Counted from the stretch's first letter, positions 1 to 10,189 are shown. The stretch: 64,000 bases of DNA from Candidatus Saccharimonadota bacterium (GCA_046350755.1 JAXLZV010000001.1:270855-334854), one strand, 5' to 3'. Program-made: numbers and translations. Notes: a model not told the origin generated them from the sequence alone.

Positions 1-494
1 ACCAGCATAAGACACTGATATTGGATCCGAATCACCTGGCTCGTTTGACCATCGATGGTGTCAGCACCAGCCCGGTTAATCGTCACAGCATTGGCGCTGG
101 AGTCAGTTTTTTTAATGTAATAGCGTTGACCGCCTTTACCAGAAGCCGCGGGCAAGGTATAGGTAATCGTACCGCCAGCACAGTTGGCGAGAGCGATAAC
201 ATTCGCAGTTGTGAGGGTATACGAACCAGTCGTATCGACTCGCGTCGCCTTGGCCACAGCCTCCAGCACACCGCTCGTCGGCAGCGTGACATTCGTCGTA
301 CCGGTCGAGGTAATGGTGATCGCTGAAGTGCCGGATGTCGTCAGATTACCAGCCAGGGACAAGGTGGACGTGCCACCAGTGATCGTCACGCTTCCCGCTG
401 TCAGTGTCAGGGTGCGCTTAGTGGTGCCGCCGCCCAGCTGCCAGCCATCGGCGTTATTAAGATAATCCTGACCTGCTGCATTTTGTGTAGCCAT
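1..494 (-). CDS. Tail-fibre/adhesin-like protein (3' end outside window)
   Basis: Manual translation from ATG at 494: MATQNAAGQDYLNNADGWQLGGGTTKRTLTL...TYTLPAASGKGGQRYYIKKTDSSANAVTINRAGADTIDG; Thr/Gly-rich; open to the window edge; not in ORF track. Confidence 0.7.
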   Translation of the reverse strand, partial: MATQNAAGQDYLNNADGWQLGGGTTKRTLTLTAGSVTITGGTSTLSLAGNLTTSGTSAITITSTGTTNVTLPTSGVLEAVAKATRVDTTGSYTLTTANVIALANCAGGTITYTLPAASGKGGQRYYIKKTDSSANAVTINRAGADTIDGQTSQVIRIQYQCLML

Positions 495-506
495 TATTCA
501 CCCATC

Positions 507-1691
507 CTAACTAATCGCAATGCTGCTAATATTACTTATAGATGATACACCATGTAATGCTGGCTCGGTAATCTCAACTTGCAAATAATAGGCAAATACT
601 AAGGTAAAGCTGACGTTGGTTGAAATCACCGTCTGACCAGCCTGGATATTATTCACCTTACTCTCTGTCCAGGGGCTGCCGTCCTGCGGATCGGTGTAAC
701 TAACGATAGGTGCATCACGGGGATACGAGGTGGAGTTGAACATATAGTTTGCATTTGGCGTGATTGAGGCAGACTGCAAGACCGTACCGCTATCCTGCGT
801 CTGAAGCTGAAATTTTATCGTCGCCCCACTGCCACCGTTGCCATAGAGGCCAGCCAATACCTCAACCACATTGATCTTATTGGCTGTACCAGTTGCTAAA
901 TTGCCAAACGCGTACCAGTCTGTCTGGCCGACTGTACTCGAGGATACATAGTCACCCGTGACCGGGCCATTTTCATCGACGCAGTCCCAATTCGCTGTCG
1001 GCCCGCCGGTTCGTGACCAAGCCACCGATTGGCCGTTAGCAGTTGGCTGCAGGAGCTTGATCTGTCCCGGTCCTGGAAAATGATTTTGATAGTTGCCAGA
1101 GTCATCGTTGATTGCGATGTCATCAAAGTAGGCCACATGACCATTATCAGAACAGTTCGAACCGATTCCCAGTACATTCAGGCCGTTGGCGATCGTGGAA
1201 CGATACGAACCTTGAAGTCGTCCGTCAATTCTCAAATCACCAACACAATTCACCCCATCGGTCATGTCGGCCGAAAACTCAACCATATACCAACGATTTG
1301 CGACAAGAGCCGTCGATGAAGTCACTGACGTGCCCGAGCCGCCCGCGACACCAACGTTGATCGTTAGTGCAGCCTGCAAGGTTACGGCGATGTAATTTGA
1401 TCCGGAAGTCGTACCGAGCGTACAAATATTCGTTCCATAACCGGTCGGGGCTGTATTGGTCTTGAGATAAAAGCGTACAAAGTATTTGCCTCGGGTTGGG
1501 CTCGCTAAAAAACGCCGAGAGGCTGTCGGCCCGCCAAAAATAAAAGTTTGAAAATACATCGCTCGCGAATCGGCCCCAGAGCGCCCTGTCGTCATGCCGA
1601 TCACGGTACTCTGAGGTGTCGCCAGCGAGTCCATTTCGTAGTTCGTCGCAGCATTATTAACTTCAAAGCCAATTGTCAGCAATCGTGCCAT
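507..1691 (-). CDS. Phage-structural-like / lectin-like beta-sandwich protein
   Basis: 394 aa, beta-rich (WYMVEF, YFDDIAIND); 1-nt overlap with the upstream gene. Confidence 0.55.
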   Translation of the reverse strand: MARLLTIGFEVNNAATNYEMDSLATPQSTVIGMTTGRSGADSRAMYFQTFIFGGPTASRRFLASPTRGKYFVRFYLKTNTAPTGYGTNICTLGTTSGSNYIAVTLQAALTINVGVAGGSGTSVTSSTALVANRWYMVEFSADMTDGVNCVGDLRIDGRLQGSYRSTIANGLNVLGIGSNCSDNGHVAYFDDIAINDDSGNYQNHFPGPGQIKLLQPTANGQSVAWSRTGGPTANWDCVDENGPVTGDYVSSSTVGQTDWYAFGNLATGTANKINVVEVLAGLYGNGGSGATIKFQLQTQDSGTVLQSASITPNANYMFNSTSYPRDAPIVSYTDPQDGSPWTESKVNNIQAGQTVISTNVSFTLVFAYYLQVEITEPALHGVSSISNISSIAIS

Positions 1692-2929
1692 TAGACGTAG
1701 GTAATACTCCCTATAGAGCTATAAACTTCCCATTCTGTATCGGCTGTGATGCAGACCAACACCACCGAATCACGTCGATGCGTCGAAGCCAGATAACCGC
1801 CAGTCCCAGTGGTGGTAGTTGCGTTCCCAAAGTAAATGACCTCACTAGCGTTCTGGGCCAGTTTCCAGCCTCCAGCTCCCTGACCAGCAATCGCTACCGT
1901 ATCACCAACCGCTGCCGTGGTCGGTAAGGTCACCGTCACCAGCGATGCGTTATTGGTGATGTAGCCCGTGTTAACCGCGGCCGCCTGCGAGGTACCAGTC
2001 ACCGTAGTCCAGCTAAGAGATGTGGCAGGTGCCCAGGTCGTTACGCCGGATCCATTGGTTTGCAAAAACTCATTAGCGTTCCCGTCGGTAGTCGGTAATG
2101 TCATCGACCAAGTCCCAGCAGCTGCCGCAGCCTGTAATGTCACTGTCCCCGAGCTACTGCCATCAAGCGAGATCTTAGGAGTAGTCTCCGTTGTGCCCGC
2201 GACAATATGGAATCGACCGTTCATAGCGAACGTGTCAGCAGCTTCCCGCACAAGCGCAACATCACCATTCAGTTGAAAACCACCGAGACCAAAATCGATA
2301 TAGTCAGTGCCGCTATCACTCTCCAGCCTAAAAAGCGGGTTGGCCTGCGACGGGCTCCCCTTCAATAATAAAGCGTTATAGTCGCCCTGGGCCGTAATTT
2401 TTACCGTGGGGTCAACACTAGCCTGATACTCAAAGCCGGTCGCGCCAGCAAAACTGCCACCGTTATTATATTGCAGCTGTTTGGTCGAGCCGCCCGGCGA
2501 ACCACTACCTCCCGCGCCCCAGCTCGGCAAACCACCGGTGACTTTCAGTACATCATTCGTCGAACCAATCGGCAGGCGCGTAAATGCCCCTGAACTATTG
2601 CGGTAATAGATATCCCCTGTCGCCCCCGAGGCATCATCATACATGGCGATCGTCTTGCGAATCGTGCCGGTGGTAATCGTAAAGTAGAGCGTATCACTAT
2701 TGAACTCCAGCGCCCCAGCTTCAGCGCTCGAGAGCAGGGTGCCAGAAGTGAATTTTAGCGGAGCGGTACCGGCGGTGGCGGTGCCAGCGCGAATGGTAAT
2801 AGTTTTATGACCACCATTGGCCGCATTATCGGTACCGGTATCATAGTGTTCCTTTTGGAGAAATTGATTGAGAATATCTCCCCATACACCATCATCACCA
2901 TTGACTGTTGGCAAACGCTGTTCGGTCAT
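1691..2929 (-). CDS. Tail-fibre-like surface protein with RLP..DDG.WG.ILN.FL N-terminus
   Basis: 412 aa; N-terminal motif typical of Saccharibacteria surface proteins; QLQYNNGGSFAG and TLPTT fibre-like motifs. Confidence 0.65.
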   Translation of the reverse strand: MTEQRLPTVNGDDGVWGDILNQFLQKEHYDTGTDNAANGGHKTITIRAGTATAGTAPLKFTSGTLLSSAEAGALEFNSDTLYFTITTGTIRKTIAMYDDASGATGDIYYRNSSGAFTRLPIGSTNDVLKVTGGLPSWGAGGSGSPGGSTKQLQYNNGGSFAGATGFEYQASVDPTVKITAQGDYNALLLKGSPSQANPLFRLESDSGTDYIDFGLGGFQLNGDVALVREAADTFAMNGRFHIVAGTTETTPKISLDGSSSGTVTLQAAAAAGTWSMTLPTTDGNANEFLQTNGSGVTTWAPATSLSWTTVTGTSQAAAVNTGYITNNASLVTVTLPTTAAVGDTVAIAGQGAGGWKLAQNASEVIYFGNATTTTGTGGYLASTHRRDSVVLVCITADTEWEVYSSIGSITYV

Positions 2930-3148
2930 ACCCTATCCACCAGCTGGATAGATATATTCAGTTTCCTCATGCAAAAACCCAAACACCCTCCGAATAATGT
3001 GCTTATACTTGTCTATATTGTATGATTATATACAGTTCATAGCTAGAGAAAGACAAGCTGATAATAGCTCATCAAGCTATGTAGTTGGGCGGCTTTTGCA
3101 AATAGTGATCTACCTGCACGACGCCTTGCCGCCGCACAAAAGTACGAT

Positions 3149-3814
3149 ATGAATAAGGGGTACGCGATGCAACTCGATAAAGTTCTCAGGCAATTTCCAC
3201 AAGAAGTCTTTGAAAAAGGTCAGGCGATATTTCGGCTAGGTGAAGTGGCAAAACACGGCTACATCGTACTGGACGGCATCGTCAAGATATATATTTGCGA
3301 TCGGCTAGGCATCGAACGTCGTCTCTTCTCAGCGCATCGCTATGATATGGTGCCATCTGGCTGGCTCGCCGACCCCAGCCGTCCAATGCGCTATCACTAC
3401 GCGGCCTATGATCGAGTCATACTCGCCCGCATCCAGCCAGCCCAATTTCGTGCCATACTCACACAAGTGCCAGATGCCCTAATCGCCCTCCTCATCGCTC
3501 AGGACGATCGCGTCCATCATACCAAGCTTCGAATCGAGACTGTTATTCAGAGTCGAGCCGAAGATAAAGTCGCATACTTCTTCGAGTATCTTTCAGAACG
3601 AGTCGCCGACCCGCCCGATACAGATGGCTGGTCTAAAATTGTGGTCGGCCTATCTCACCAAGAGATGAGCGACGCACTCGGCTTAGCCCGCGAAACGACG
3701 GCAGCCGCGATTCAATCTCTTGAGAAGAAAGGCTACATCCGCAAAGCCGGACGACAAAAATACTTCATCCATATTGAAGGGCTCAGACACTACATTGATT
3801 CGGTCCGCTCGTAA
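3149..3814 (+). CDS. Crp/Fnr family transcriptional regulator
   Basis: cNMP-binding fold (KGQAIF...GYIVLDGIVK) plus HTH LSHQEMSDALGLARET. Confidence 0.9.
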   Translation: MNKGYAMQLDKVLRQFPQEVFEKGQAIFRLGEVAKHGYIVLDGIVKIYICDRLGIERRLFSAHRYDMVPSGWLADPSRPMRYHYAAYDRVILARIQPAQFRAILTQVPDALIALLIAQDDRVHHTKLRIETVIQSRAEDKVAYFFEYLSERVADPPDTDGWSKIVVGLSHQEMSDALGLARETTAAAIQSLEKKGYIRKAGRQKYFIHIEGLRHYIDSVRS

Positions 3815-3913
3815 CGATTTGGCACAAACTGCTTGCCTCCTTTGCATGCTTGCTTTTCTCGGAGAATAGGGTTATTTTGCAGTCAGCAGAAAAGTAAGTG
3901 AAAGGAAATCATA

Positions 3914-4495
3914 ATGAACGAAGTAACCGTCGTTGAGATGGAATCAGTTCGAGACACCGCTTGGTGGCTACTGATCATCCGCGGTATCATTGCGACCCTC
4001 TTCGGGATTGCGATCTTGCTCTGGCCAGGACTTACCCTCCTGACAGCAGCTGTGGTATTCGCGCTCTATATTTTGATCTCTGGTGTCATCGACATCGTGA
4101 CCTCAATCATGAGCATCCGTAAAAATAACACTTGGTGGCTAACTATGCTGCTTGGTATCGTCCAGGTAGCAGCTGGTGCTTACATCGCCCAGCGCCCAGC
4201 TATCACGCTGGCTGTGCTCATCCTCGTGATTGGTTTCGTACTGGTCGTGCGTGGATTGTTTGAATTCATTGCGGCTTTCGACTTCCATGGCTCGATGCGT
4301 GCCCTTCTGATCGTGGTGGGTATCATCACGGCGGTAGCTGGTGTATTCGTACTCCGTCACCCCCAGACCGGCGGTATCGCCTTTGCTTGGGTGCTCGGTA
4401 TCTACGGCTTGATCGCTGGCCCTGTCTCGATCGCGCTTGGTATCCAGACCAAACACTGGCAAGACGAACTGGCTAAAGGCAAGAAAAAAGCCTAA
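3914..4495 (+). CDS. HdeD/DUF308 family membrane protein
   Basis: WWLLIIRGIIATLFG..WPG motif, six TM segments; SD GAAAGG. Confidence 0.85.
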   Translation: MNEVTVVEMESVRDTAWWLLIIRGIIATLFGIAILLWPGLTLLTAAVVFALYILISGVIDIVTSIMSIRKNNTWWLTMLLGIVQVAAGAYIAQRPAITLAVLILVIGFVLVVRGLFEFIAAFDFHGSMRALLIVVGIITAVAGVFVLRHPQTGGIAFAWVLGIYGLIAGPVSIALGIQTKHWQDELAKGKKKA

Positions 4496-4511
4496 CCAAA
4501 CACAAATTCTC

Positions 4512-4541
4512 AAAAAAAAGACCCGGCTGGGTCTTTTTTTT
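4512..4541. terminator. Bidirectional intrinsic terminator
   Basis: A8-GACCC ggct GGGTC-T8 between convergent genes. Confidence 0.85.
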
Positions 4542-4565
4542 GTACTCAGGGACCCCCTTGAAAAC

Positions 4566-4829
4566 CTACTTTCTAGAAGTCTTGGTGGCTAACCGTTTCT
4601 TTCGCCCACTCCGATGCACCCGCGTACGCCCCCAATGAATCCGGTTCCAGACTCGCTCATGGCCATAATACAGCAGAGTACTGGCCAGATTCGTAAAAAT
4701 CACAAGAGTCAGCGTGGCATCAAAGCGTCGGGTAATAAACAGAATCACCAGAAAATCCGACGTCAGAACCACGAGCCGAAAAGTGACGGCTTTAAGTAAT
4801 GATCGTTTGGATTTTTCGTGAAAGCGCAT
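4566..4829 (-). CDS. DUF2061 domain membrane protein
   Basis: RSLLKAVTFR...LYYGHERVWNRIHWG signature. Confidence 0.85.
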   Translation of the reverse strand: MRFHEKSKRSLLKAVTFRLVVLTSDFLVILFITRRFDATLTLVIFTNLASTLLYYGHERVWNRIHWGRTRVHRSGRKKRLATKTSRK

Positions 4830-4857
4830 GGTTTGTTTTGCTGGTCAAGTTGATTAC

Positions 4858-5067
4858 TTAAGCACCATACTTTCCGCCACCAAAACCACGCGGGCTAGAC
4901 TCCGGCTGACGCTTGGGTCGCGACTTTTTTTGACCAAGCTCAGACAAATTCTTCATAGCCGCCGAGACACCGACCACACCTGCCGCCGCCAAACCAATGT
5001 GCGCCAGAAAATCTTTCCGGCTCATCTTCTTATTGAGCAAGTCATCTATTGGGTTCTTGCGAGACAT
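4858..5067 (-). CDS. Small protein with twin-arginine-like signal
   Basis: MSRKDFL followed by a hydrophobic segment; directly downstream of tatC. Confidence 0.65.
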   Translation of the reverse strand: MSRKNPIDDLLNKKMSRKDFLAHIGLAAAGVVGVSAAMKNLSELGQKKSRPKRQPESSPRGFGGGKYGA

Positions 5068-5087
5068 ATAGTTGTATTATACGCCGC

Positions 5088-6143
5088 TTATGCTGTTCCG
5101 GGCGAGTGGATATCGATAATCGGACGGGTTGCTGTTGGCAATTGATAACGCCGTTTTGGTCCCCGGCGAACAACGTGGGTGACGCGAGCCGTCGACAGAT
5201 CAATCACGTGATCTTGAGCGGTTTTCGCCTGAGGTGAAGATAACTCACTGCGTGTGAAGCCCCGCTTGGGCTGGCTGAGAGTCGCAGGCGCCAAATCTGC
5301 GACCGGCATAAATGCGCGAGAATCAAGCTGAGTAGCAACGAATGGCTGCCGAGCTGATTCGCGGGCGGGAGCCAATGGCTGACTGATAGCTGGCTTTGGT
5401 CGTGGAGCCTCGACGGTGCGGCTGGCGTGCGGTCGTCGTTGGCGCCGCAGACGTTGCAGATAGATTAACGCCACACTGCCTTCAAAAAGTATCAGCATTG
5501 GTCCCGTAATCATCAGTTGATTATAAGGATCAGGGGTTGGCGTAATCATTGCGCCAATGATAAAACTCGCTGCAATGATTGGCTTTTGAGCTTTCTTGAG
5601 GGTTCCAGGTGGTATTGGCCGAATGTGGTCAATAAAGAAAAGAATCACCGGCAACTGGAAGATGGCAGCAGTACCGAGGAGATAGGCTGACAGGAATGAA
5701 ATGTACTCATTGGTCGTAATCAGTGCACGCACATCACTACCGCCCAGATCCAAGAGGAAGTGCAAAGCGCTCGGCAAACTAATCAGGTAAGCATAGACGA
5801 TGCCGAGAGCCGCCATACCTAGTGACGCTAGCATAATCATGACTGCCGAGCGAGTCGTGATCTTGCGATGAACCGGCCGAATAAATTGCACCAGCTGGTA
5901 AACCGCAGCTGGTAAAGCAACTGCCAAGCCCAACACCAGACTAATAAACATCATGTAGTTTAAGCCGCCGGTTGGCGAAGTAAAATACAGTGTCTCGCCC
6001 AGTGGCTTGGTCAGCAAATGAGAAAACGGCTTATACCAGATGAAGCCAGCTAACATACCAACAGCAAACAAAGCGGCCGGTATGCGGAGTCGCTTGCTCA
6101 GTTCCTGAAGATGTTCTCGAAACGTTTGCTGTTCGTGTGTCAT
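5088..6143 (-). CDS. tatC: Twin-arginine translocase subunit TatC with C-terminal extension
   Basis: EHLQELSKRL, FQLP and ITPTPDP motifs; multi-TM. Confidence 0.92.
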   Translation of the reverse strand: MTHEQQTFREHLQELSKRLRIPAALFAVGMLAGFIWYKPFSHLLTKPLGETLYFTSPTGGLNYMMFISLVLGLAVALPAAVYQLVQFIRPVHRKITTRSAVMIMLASLGMAALGIVYAYLISLPSALHFLLDLGGSDVRALITTNEYISFLSAYLLGTAAIFQLPVILFFIDHIRPIPPGTLKKAQKPIIAASFIIGAMITPTPDPYNQLMITGPMLILFEGSVALIYLQRLRRQRRPHASRTVEAPRPKPAISQPLAPARESARQPFVATQLDSRAFMPVADLAPATLSQPKRGFTRSELSSPQAKTAQDHVIDLSTARVTHVVRRGPKRRYQLPTATRPIIDIHSPGTA

Positions 6144-6202
6144 GTTAGATATATTTACGTTGATTTTTCTTGTTGGACCGAAGCTGGTCAGGCAATTAAC
6201 AC

Positions 6203-6391
6203 TTACTTTTTGGTCGAAGATTTCTTAGCAGATTTCTTTGGCTCTTCTTCCTCACCAAAGCCCTTTTTGACTTCCTTACCAAAGGTCCCAATACTCCGAC
6301 CTAGCTCAGGCAATTTGCTCGCGCCAAAAAGCAGAAGCAAAACCAACACGATCAAGATTAATTCCGGGAGACCAATTCCTAATACTTCCAC
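6203..6391 (-). CDS. tatA: Twin-arginine translocase TatA
   Basis: GLPELILI...LLFGASKLPELGRSIG signature. Confidence 0.95.
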   Translation of the reverse strand: MEVLGIGLPELILIVLVLLLLFGASKLPELGRSIGTFGKEVKKGFGEEEEPKKSAKKSSTKK

Positions 6392-6539
6392 GTTATACCA
6401 TCCTTTTTATATTCTCTTATTCCCAGGATACCATAACTAGAACAATGCACAAGTATTTTCTACAACAAATTACAGAAATAAGAAAACCCCCGACAGATGA
6501 CGATGTCATGACATCATCTTCCGTCAGGGGTGGAGGTAC

Positions 6540-7277
6540 TTATGGCAAAGCTGCTATCGCAGGACTCAAGCAACTGGCGAAAGCTCGGTAGCCAGCTTGA
6601 TTGGGATGCCACCGATCGACACCTGGAGTGTAACTCCAATAATTGGGGTTGAGGGCCTCAACCGCGCTGTACGCATCTCTGAGTGACGGATTGCAATCGA
6701 TGATGTCACCGACCACGCCGCCTGATGAGAGCCAGGCGTTGTACTCCAGTCGGCTGTCATATCGATGGTCGTAAGACAGGCTGGGTGGGTATAGTGCGAA
6801 GGGCGTGATGGGCAGCCAGACGACGCGTACACCCCTGCTCGCCAGTTCGGCGCTCAAGCTCGCAACAGCGTCGATCAATCCCTGAACCGGCTGGTCGACT
6901 GCCAAATCATTGATTCCACCCGACACTATGACCATACCGACGTTGTTATCACAAACGTCTAGCTGCCGCAAAAGACGGGCGCCGATGTTGTATTCCGGGT
7001 TGACTGCCGTGAATCCAGCACCGCCCTTTGCAGTGTTGTAGGCGATAGAACCAATCGGCAACTGCATGTATTGCGGCCACTGACCAACCAGTGAATCGCC
7101 AGCGTAGATGACGACCCGAGGGCCAGGGATTGAACAAGTCAGCTCTGGCGGTGTCGTTGTGAGGGTCGTGGATGATCCAGTTATCGATGGCGATGTCATA
7201 CAGGCTGTGGCGAACATCGCCAGTAGGACTGTCACCATCATGACGAACAGCCAACGATGCTTCATGAGTGAACTCAT
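6540..7277 (-). CDS. SGNH/GDSL hydrolase lipoprotein (cassette gene)
   Basis: GDS, GGIND and DRWHP catalytic blocks; lipobox ATAC; start reassigned to ATG 7277 after SD GAAAGG. Confidence 0.85.
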   Translation of the reverse strand: MSSLMKHRWLFVMMVTVLLAMFATACMTSPSITGSSTTLTTTPPELTCSIPGPRVVIYAGDSLVGQWPQYMQLPIGSIAYNTAKGGAGFTAVNPEYNIGARLLRQLDVCDNNVGMVIVSGGINDLAVDQPVQGLIDAVASLSAELASRGVRVVWLPITPFALYPPSLSYDHRYDSRLEYNAWLSSGGVVGDIIDCNPSLRDAYSAVEALNPNYWSYTPGVDRWHPNQAGYRAFASCLSPAIAALP

Positions 7278-7303
7278 ATCGAAACCTTTCGGATCGGGCT
7301 GGA

Positions 7304-7365
7304 AGGTGCGGATTGGTCGAGTAACCAAGCATGACTACGTTACATACATTAAGCAACTATGTCAA
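7304..7365 (-). promoter_or_regulatory. Cassette promoter TTGACA-17-TAACGT with hairpin and GCACCT motif
   Basis: -35 at 7360-7365, -10 at 7337-7342, motif at 7304-7309. Confidence 0.7.
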
Positions 7366-7406
7366 GATGCGGGCTAGCTGCGAGAGCTTATAAATGACCT
7401 TTTGGG

Positions 7407-7619
7407 CTATTGAGCGGCCGATGCTTCATCGAGACTGCGTTGCAGGTTCGCTGCATCGTTATCGAGTTTGTCGGCATCAGTTCGGGCCTTTTGTGCATCC
7501 TCGCGCATGTTACGAATCTGAGCCTCGAGTTCACTCGCCTGACGATCGAGCTCATCAGCCCGCTGACGTTGGCTCTGGGCTTGTTCGCGTAATGTATCTG
7601 GGTTCATGCTGTACTCCAT
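7407..7619 (-). CDS. Small coiled-coil protein
   Basis: Heptad-like Q/E/A/R-rich helix; start uncertain. Confidence 0.55.
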   Translation of the reverse strand: MEYSMNPDTLREQAQSQRQRADELDRQASELEAQIRNMREDAQKARTDADKLDNDAANLQRSLDEASAAQ

Positions 7620-7749
7620 AGCGCAGTGGATCACTGCATTAATTATGACTCACCGTCATTCTACCAAGAAAAACGCCCGCAGCAGGGTTGCTACAAGGCG
7701 GAATTAATTAGATTTTACGAGCTAGTGAGCCGCAATCGAGTCGACAATG

Positions 7750-8109
7750 CTAGGCGCGAGGGTTATTGGCGTCTGCGCAGGCCTCTGAGCCGTCATAGTA
7801 CAGACTCATACAGATAACGTGCCCACCTTCGTGACCGATGATCTGTTGGTTTGTGACATAGGCAGAGTCAACTACGATATCGAAGCTACACACAACGACA
7901 CATGTCCAGCTAGTGAAAGCGGCATATCCAACCGGCGGGGTCCCCACATGCCAGGTGACATTGTTCCCCCGAGGAATCGATGCAGGCTCCCAAACGGCAG
8001 CAATGGTCTGATTGAGTGGGCTTGAGGCTGGCCCGCTTGTAGGTGGCGCGCTAGCACAGGCCGCAAAGAGCACCATCATTATCATGATTGCCGGGATTCG
8101 GATCCTCAT
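7750..8109 (-). CDS. Lipoprotein with HExxH zincin motif (cassette gene)
   Basis: Lipobox FAAC, HEGGH; SD GAAAGG; GCACCT at 8128-8133. Confidence 0.7.
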   Translation of the reverse strand: MRIRIPAIMIMMVLFAACASAPPTSGPASSPLNQTIAAVWEPASIPRGNNVTWHVGTPPVGYAAFTSWTCVVVCSFDIVVDSAYVTNQQIIGHEGGHVICMSLYYDGSEACADANNPRA

Positions 8110-8237
8110 CACAAGGCCTTTCAACTGAGGTGCGGTTGGCTAAGTTGCCAACTGTGATGATTGTAACCTACTTATGCTTAATTGATGAAATGCACGAAAA
8201 GAAATACCCACAGCGATAAAGCTATGGGTAGGAAATA

Positions 8238-9197
8238 TTAGTCACGACGCAAACGATCCAAAGCGCGTTCGAGGGCGTGTGGCTTCTCGTGATAGGTATG
8301 CGGCACGAGCGTCTGTCGGTGACACTCGTGAGCAATCTCATGCATGACGGCATGACAGTCGTCATCGGTCTCTATGAAAGTCGGCCCCAGGATGGTACAA
8401 GCCGGCGGCTCGTCACCATCGAGGTTGACGGCCACTGGGATGACCCAACCACGCATCAACTGCATGGTGCCGGCCTTCAGCGGCTGCATATGGATGCGCT
8501 CGCTGTAGAAGATGTCGCGCGACGCGCTGGGGGCGATAGCCAGCAGCCGTCCACCTGGTTCGAGAAACTCGGCCAACTCCAGCTTGGTCAGCTCATTACT
8601 GGTGCGCACCAAGTCATCCGGAAATTTCTTGTTGCGAACCGTCGGCGTAGTCGGAAAACTCAAAGCCACGTTGGCGAACATCTGAATAGCCTCGACAGCC
8701 GGCATGAAAAACTCGTCTTCGCGGATGTAGAGCTGGGTCGTCGTGATGCCACGACTGATTACCAGGGCGGTCCGCTGCGTGAACTCAAGGGCGCTCAACC
8801 AGCGCTCGATCTCCAATCGCAAGGCACCCGCCACCAAAGCGATGTCGATGATGTTGCTGTGATTGGTGATGAGCGTAAAGTTAGTCCGGCCCCGCAGCAT
8901 CTCCCCTGCCATGAATCGCATCATGTCGCTGTGCTGGCGCCAAGCTTCTGGAATGACTCGAAAATTCTTGTGAGCCTTCGGCCCAAAGGGAGCCAGATCG
9001 CGATTCGAAACCGCCACGCTAGGAACCATCGCCGTAGTCAGCCGATGATAGGGTTTTGATGGATCGAAACCCATCGGCAACAGCGGCCCAGTCGTATGGC
9101 GACTGCCTAGCTCAGCGAGCAACGGGTAGACCGCTTGAGAGTTGAACTGCTCGAGGCGGGTCTGCAACTCCCGTCGGCGAGAGGCGTAGCTCGTCAT
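8238..9197 (-). CDS. Glycerolipid acyltransferase-like protein, PlsB/PlsC superfamily (cassette gene)
   Basis: NHSNIID = Hx4D catalytic motif; IAPSASR in the FPEGTR-equivalent position; IPVAV block; GTACCT at 9216-9221. Confidence 0.7.
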   Translation of the reverse strand: MTSYASRRRELQTRLEQFNSQAVYPLLAELGSRHTTGPLLPMGFDPSKPYHRLTTAMVPSVAVSNRDLAPFGPKAHKNFRVIPEAWRQHSDMMRFMAGEMLRGRTNFTLITNHSNIIDIALVAGALRLEIERWLSALEFTQRTALVISRGITTTQLYIREDEFFMPAVEAIQMFANVALSFPTTPTVRNKKFPDDLVRTSNELTKLELAEFLEPGGRLLAIAPSASRDIFYSERIHMQPLKAGTMQLMRGWVIPVAVNLDGDEPPACTILGPTFIETDDDCHAVMHEIAHECHRQTLVPHTYHEKPHALERALDRLRRD

Positions 9198-9400
9198 GTC
9201 GACTCCATTCATAGTAGGTACAAGAACGGACTATATTATCCCAGATTAGCTCCAGATTACAAAGACCCTACCACGATCACGCGCAAAGCATACAGACTCA
9301 CTTGACGCTGAGGACTATAATAGTAATGCACTCATTTTTACATGGAAAAACCATAATTCAATCTCAAAGAGAGCCAAAGTCGAACCATCGACACAGATAT

Positions 9401-10141
9401 ATGACTACTCAATTCAGTCCTGATTATTCCCACGCAGTCGACCAGCTTGCTACTTCCCAGCTGGCGGAGCAAGATTACGCTACCCTTTTACAGCAGTCCA
9501 AAAGTATCGCTCGCAGACTAGATGTCCCTCAGTCGCTTCAGGAGACAGTCTTCCAGCTCCTCGCCCAGCTCCATCAGCACGACCAAAAAACCGCCAAAGA
9601 GTGCTTGCAGGCTCTCCCGCTGGCCCTCAAAGTTGCTCAAATCTACAGTCAATTCTACTCGCAGCCCGTGAACCTCAGCTACGTTTGGTCAGCGGCTATC
9701 CTGCACGATATCGGCAAAACTCACATACCTCAGTCGTTGATCACCAAAAGTAATCGTGGCCTTGAGTGGACCGACGCCGACCGAGAGCAGATGATGCATC
9801 ATGTTCAAGCTGGCTATACTATCGCACGAGCTCATCATCTACCTACTCCGGTCTGTCGAGCCATTGCCGAACACCATCATAAACAGCTAGGCGTCTCATA
9901 CGGCATGAATCCCCAGCTCAATGATATCGAACGCATCATCCGCGACAGTATCGCCATCGCCGACTTTACCGACGCCGACCTGAACCGTACCAATTGCCGT
10001 AATGCCACCAAGAACCGCCAGCAACGACTGGCAGAAATCATTGATGATATTATCTTTGTTTTTAATGACTATACGTATGGAAACCTATTGGCTCAGCTGA
10101 CTTTCCAGCAGCTGGCGCAGCCAGCCTACGCTTTTCGCTAG
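9401..10141 (+). CDS. HD-domain (HD-GYP-like) phosphohydrolase
   Basis: AILHDIGK, HHV, EHHH and IAD motifs; start may be 9326. Confidence 0.8.
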   Translation: MTTQFSPDYSHAVDQLATSQLAEQDYATLLQQSKSIARRLDVPQSLQETVFQLLAQLHQHDQKTAKECLQALPLALKVAQIYSQFYSQPVNLSYVWSAAILHDIGKTHIPQSLITKSNRGLEWTDADREQMMHHVQAGYTIARAHHLPTPVCRAIAEHHHKQLGVSYGMNPQLNDIERIIRDSIAIADFTDADLNRTNCRNATKNRQQRLAEIIDDIIFVFNDYTYGNLLAQLTFQQLAQPAYAFR

Positions 10142-10189
10142 ACTGATAGCCATTATCCACTCTGCAGATTTTCGGACTATACTGACAGT

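Noticed and set aside
3100-3125. Crp box upstream of the Crp-family gene
   Set aside because: AGTGA...GCAC spacing does not fit TGTGA-N6-TCACA well enough
8277-9059. 260-aa plus-strand ORF and similar long antisense ORFs (36946, 51473, 41738)
   Set aside because: Shadow or alternative frames of GC-rich genes that have clearer motifs or SD-supported starts
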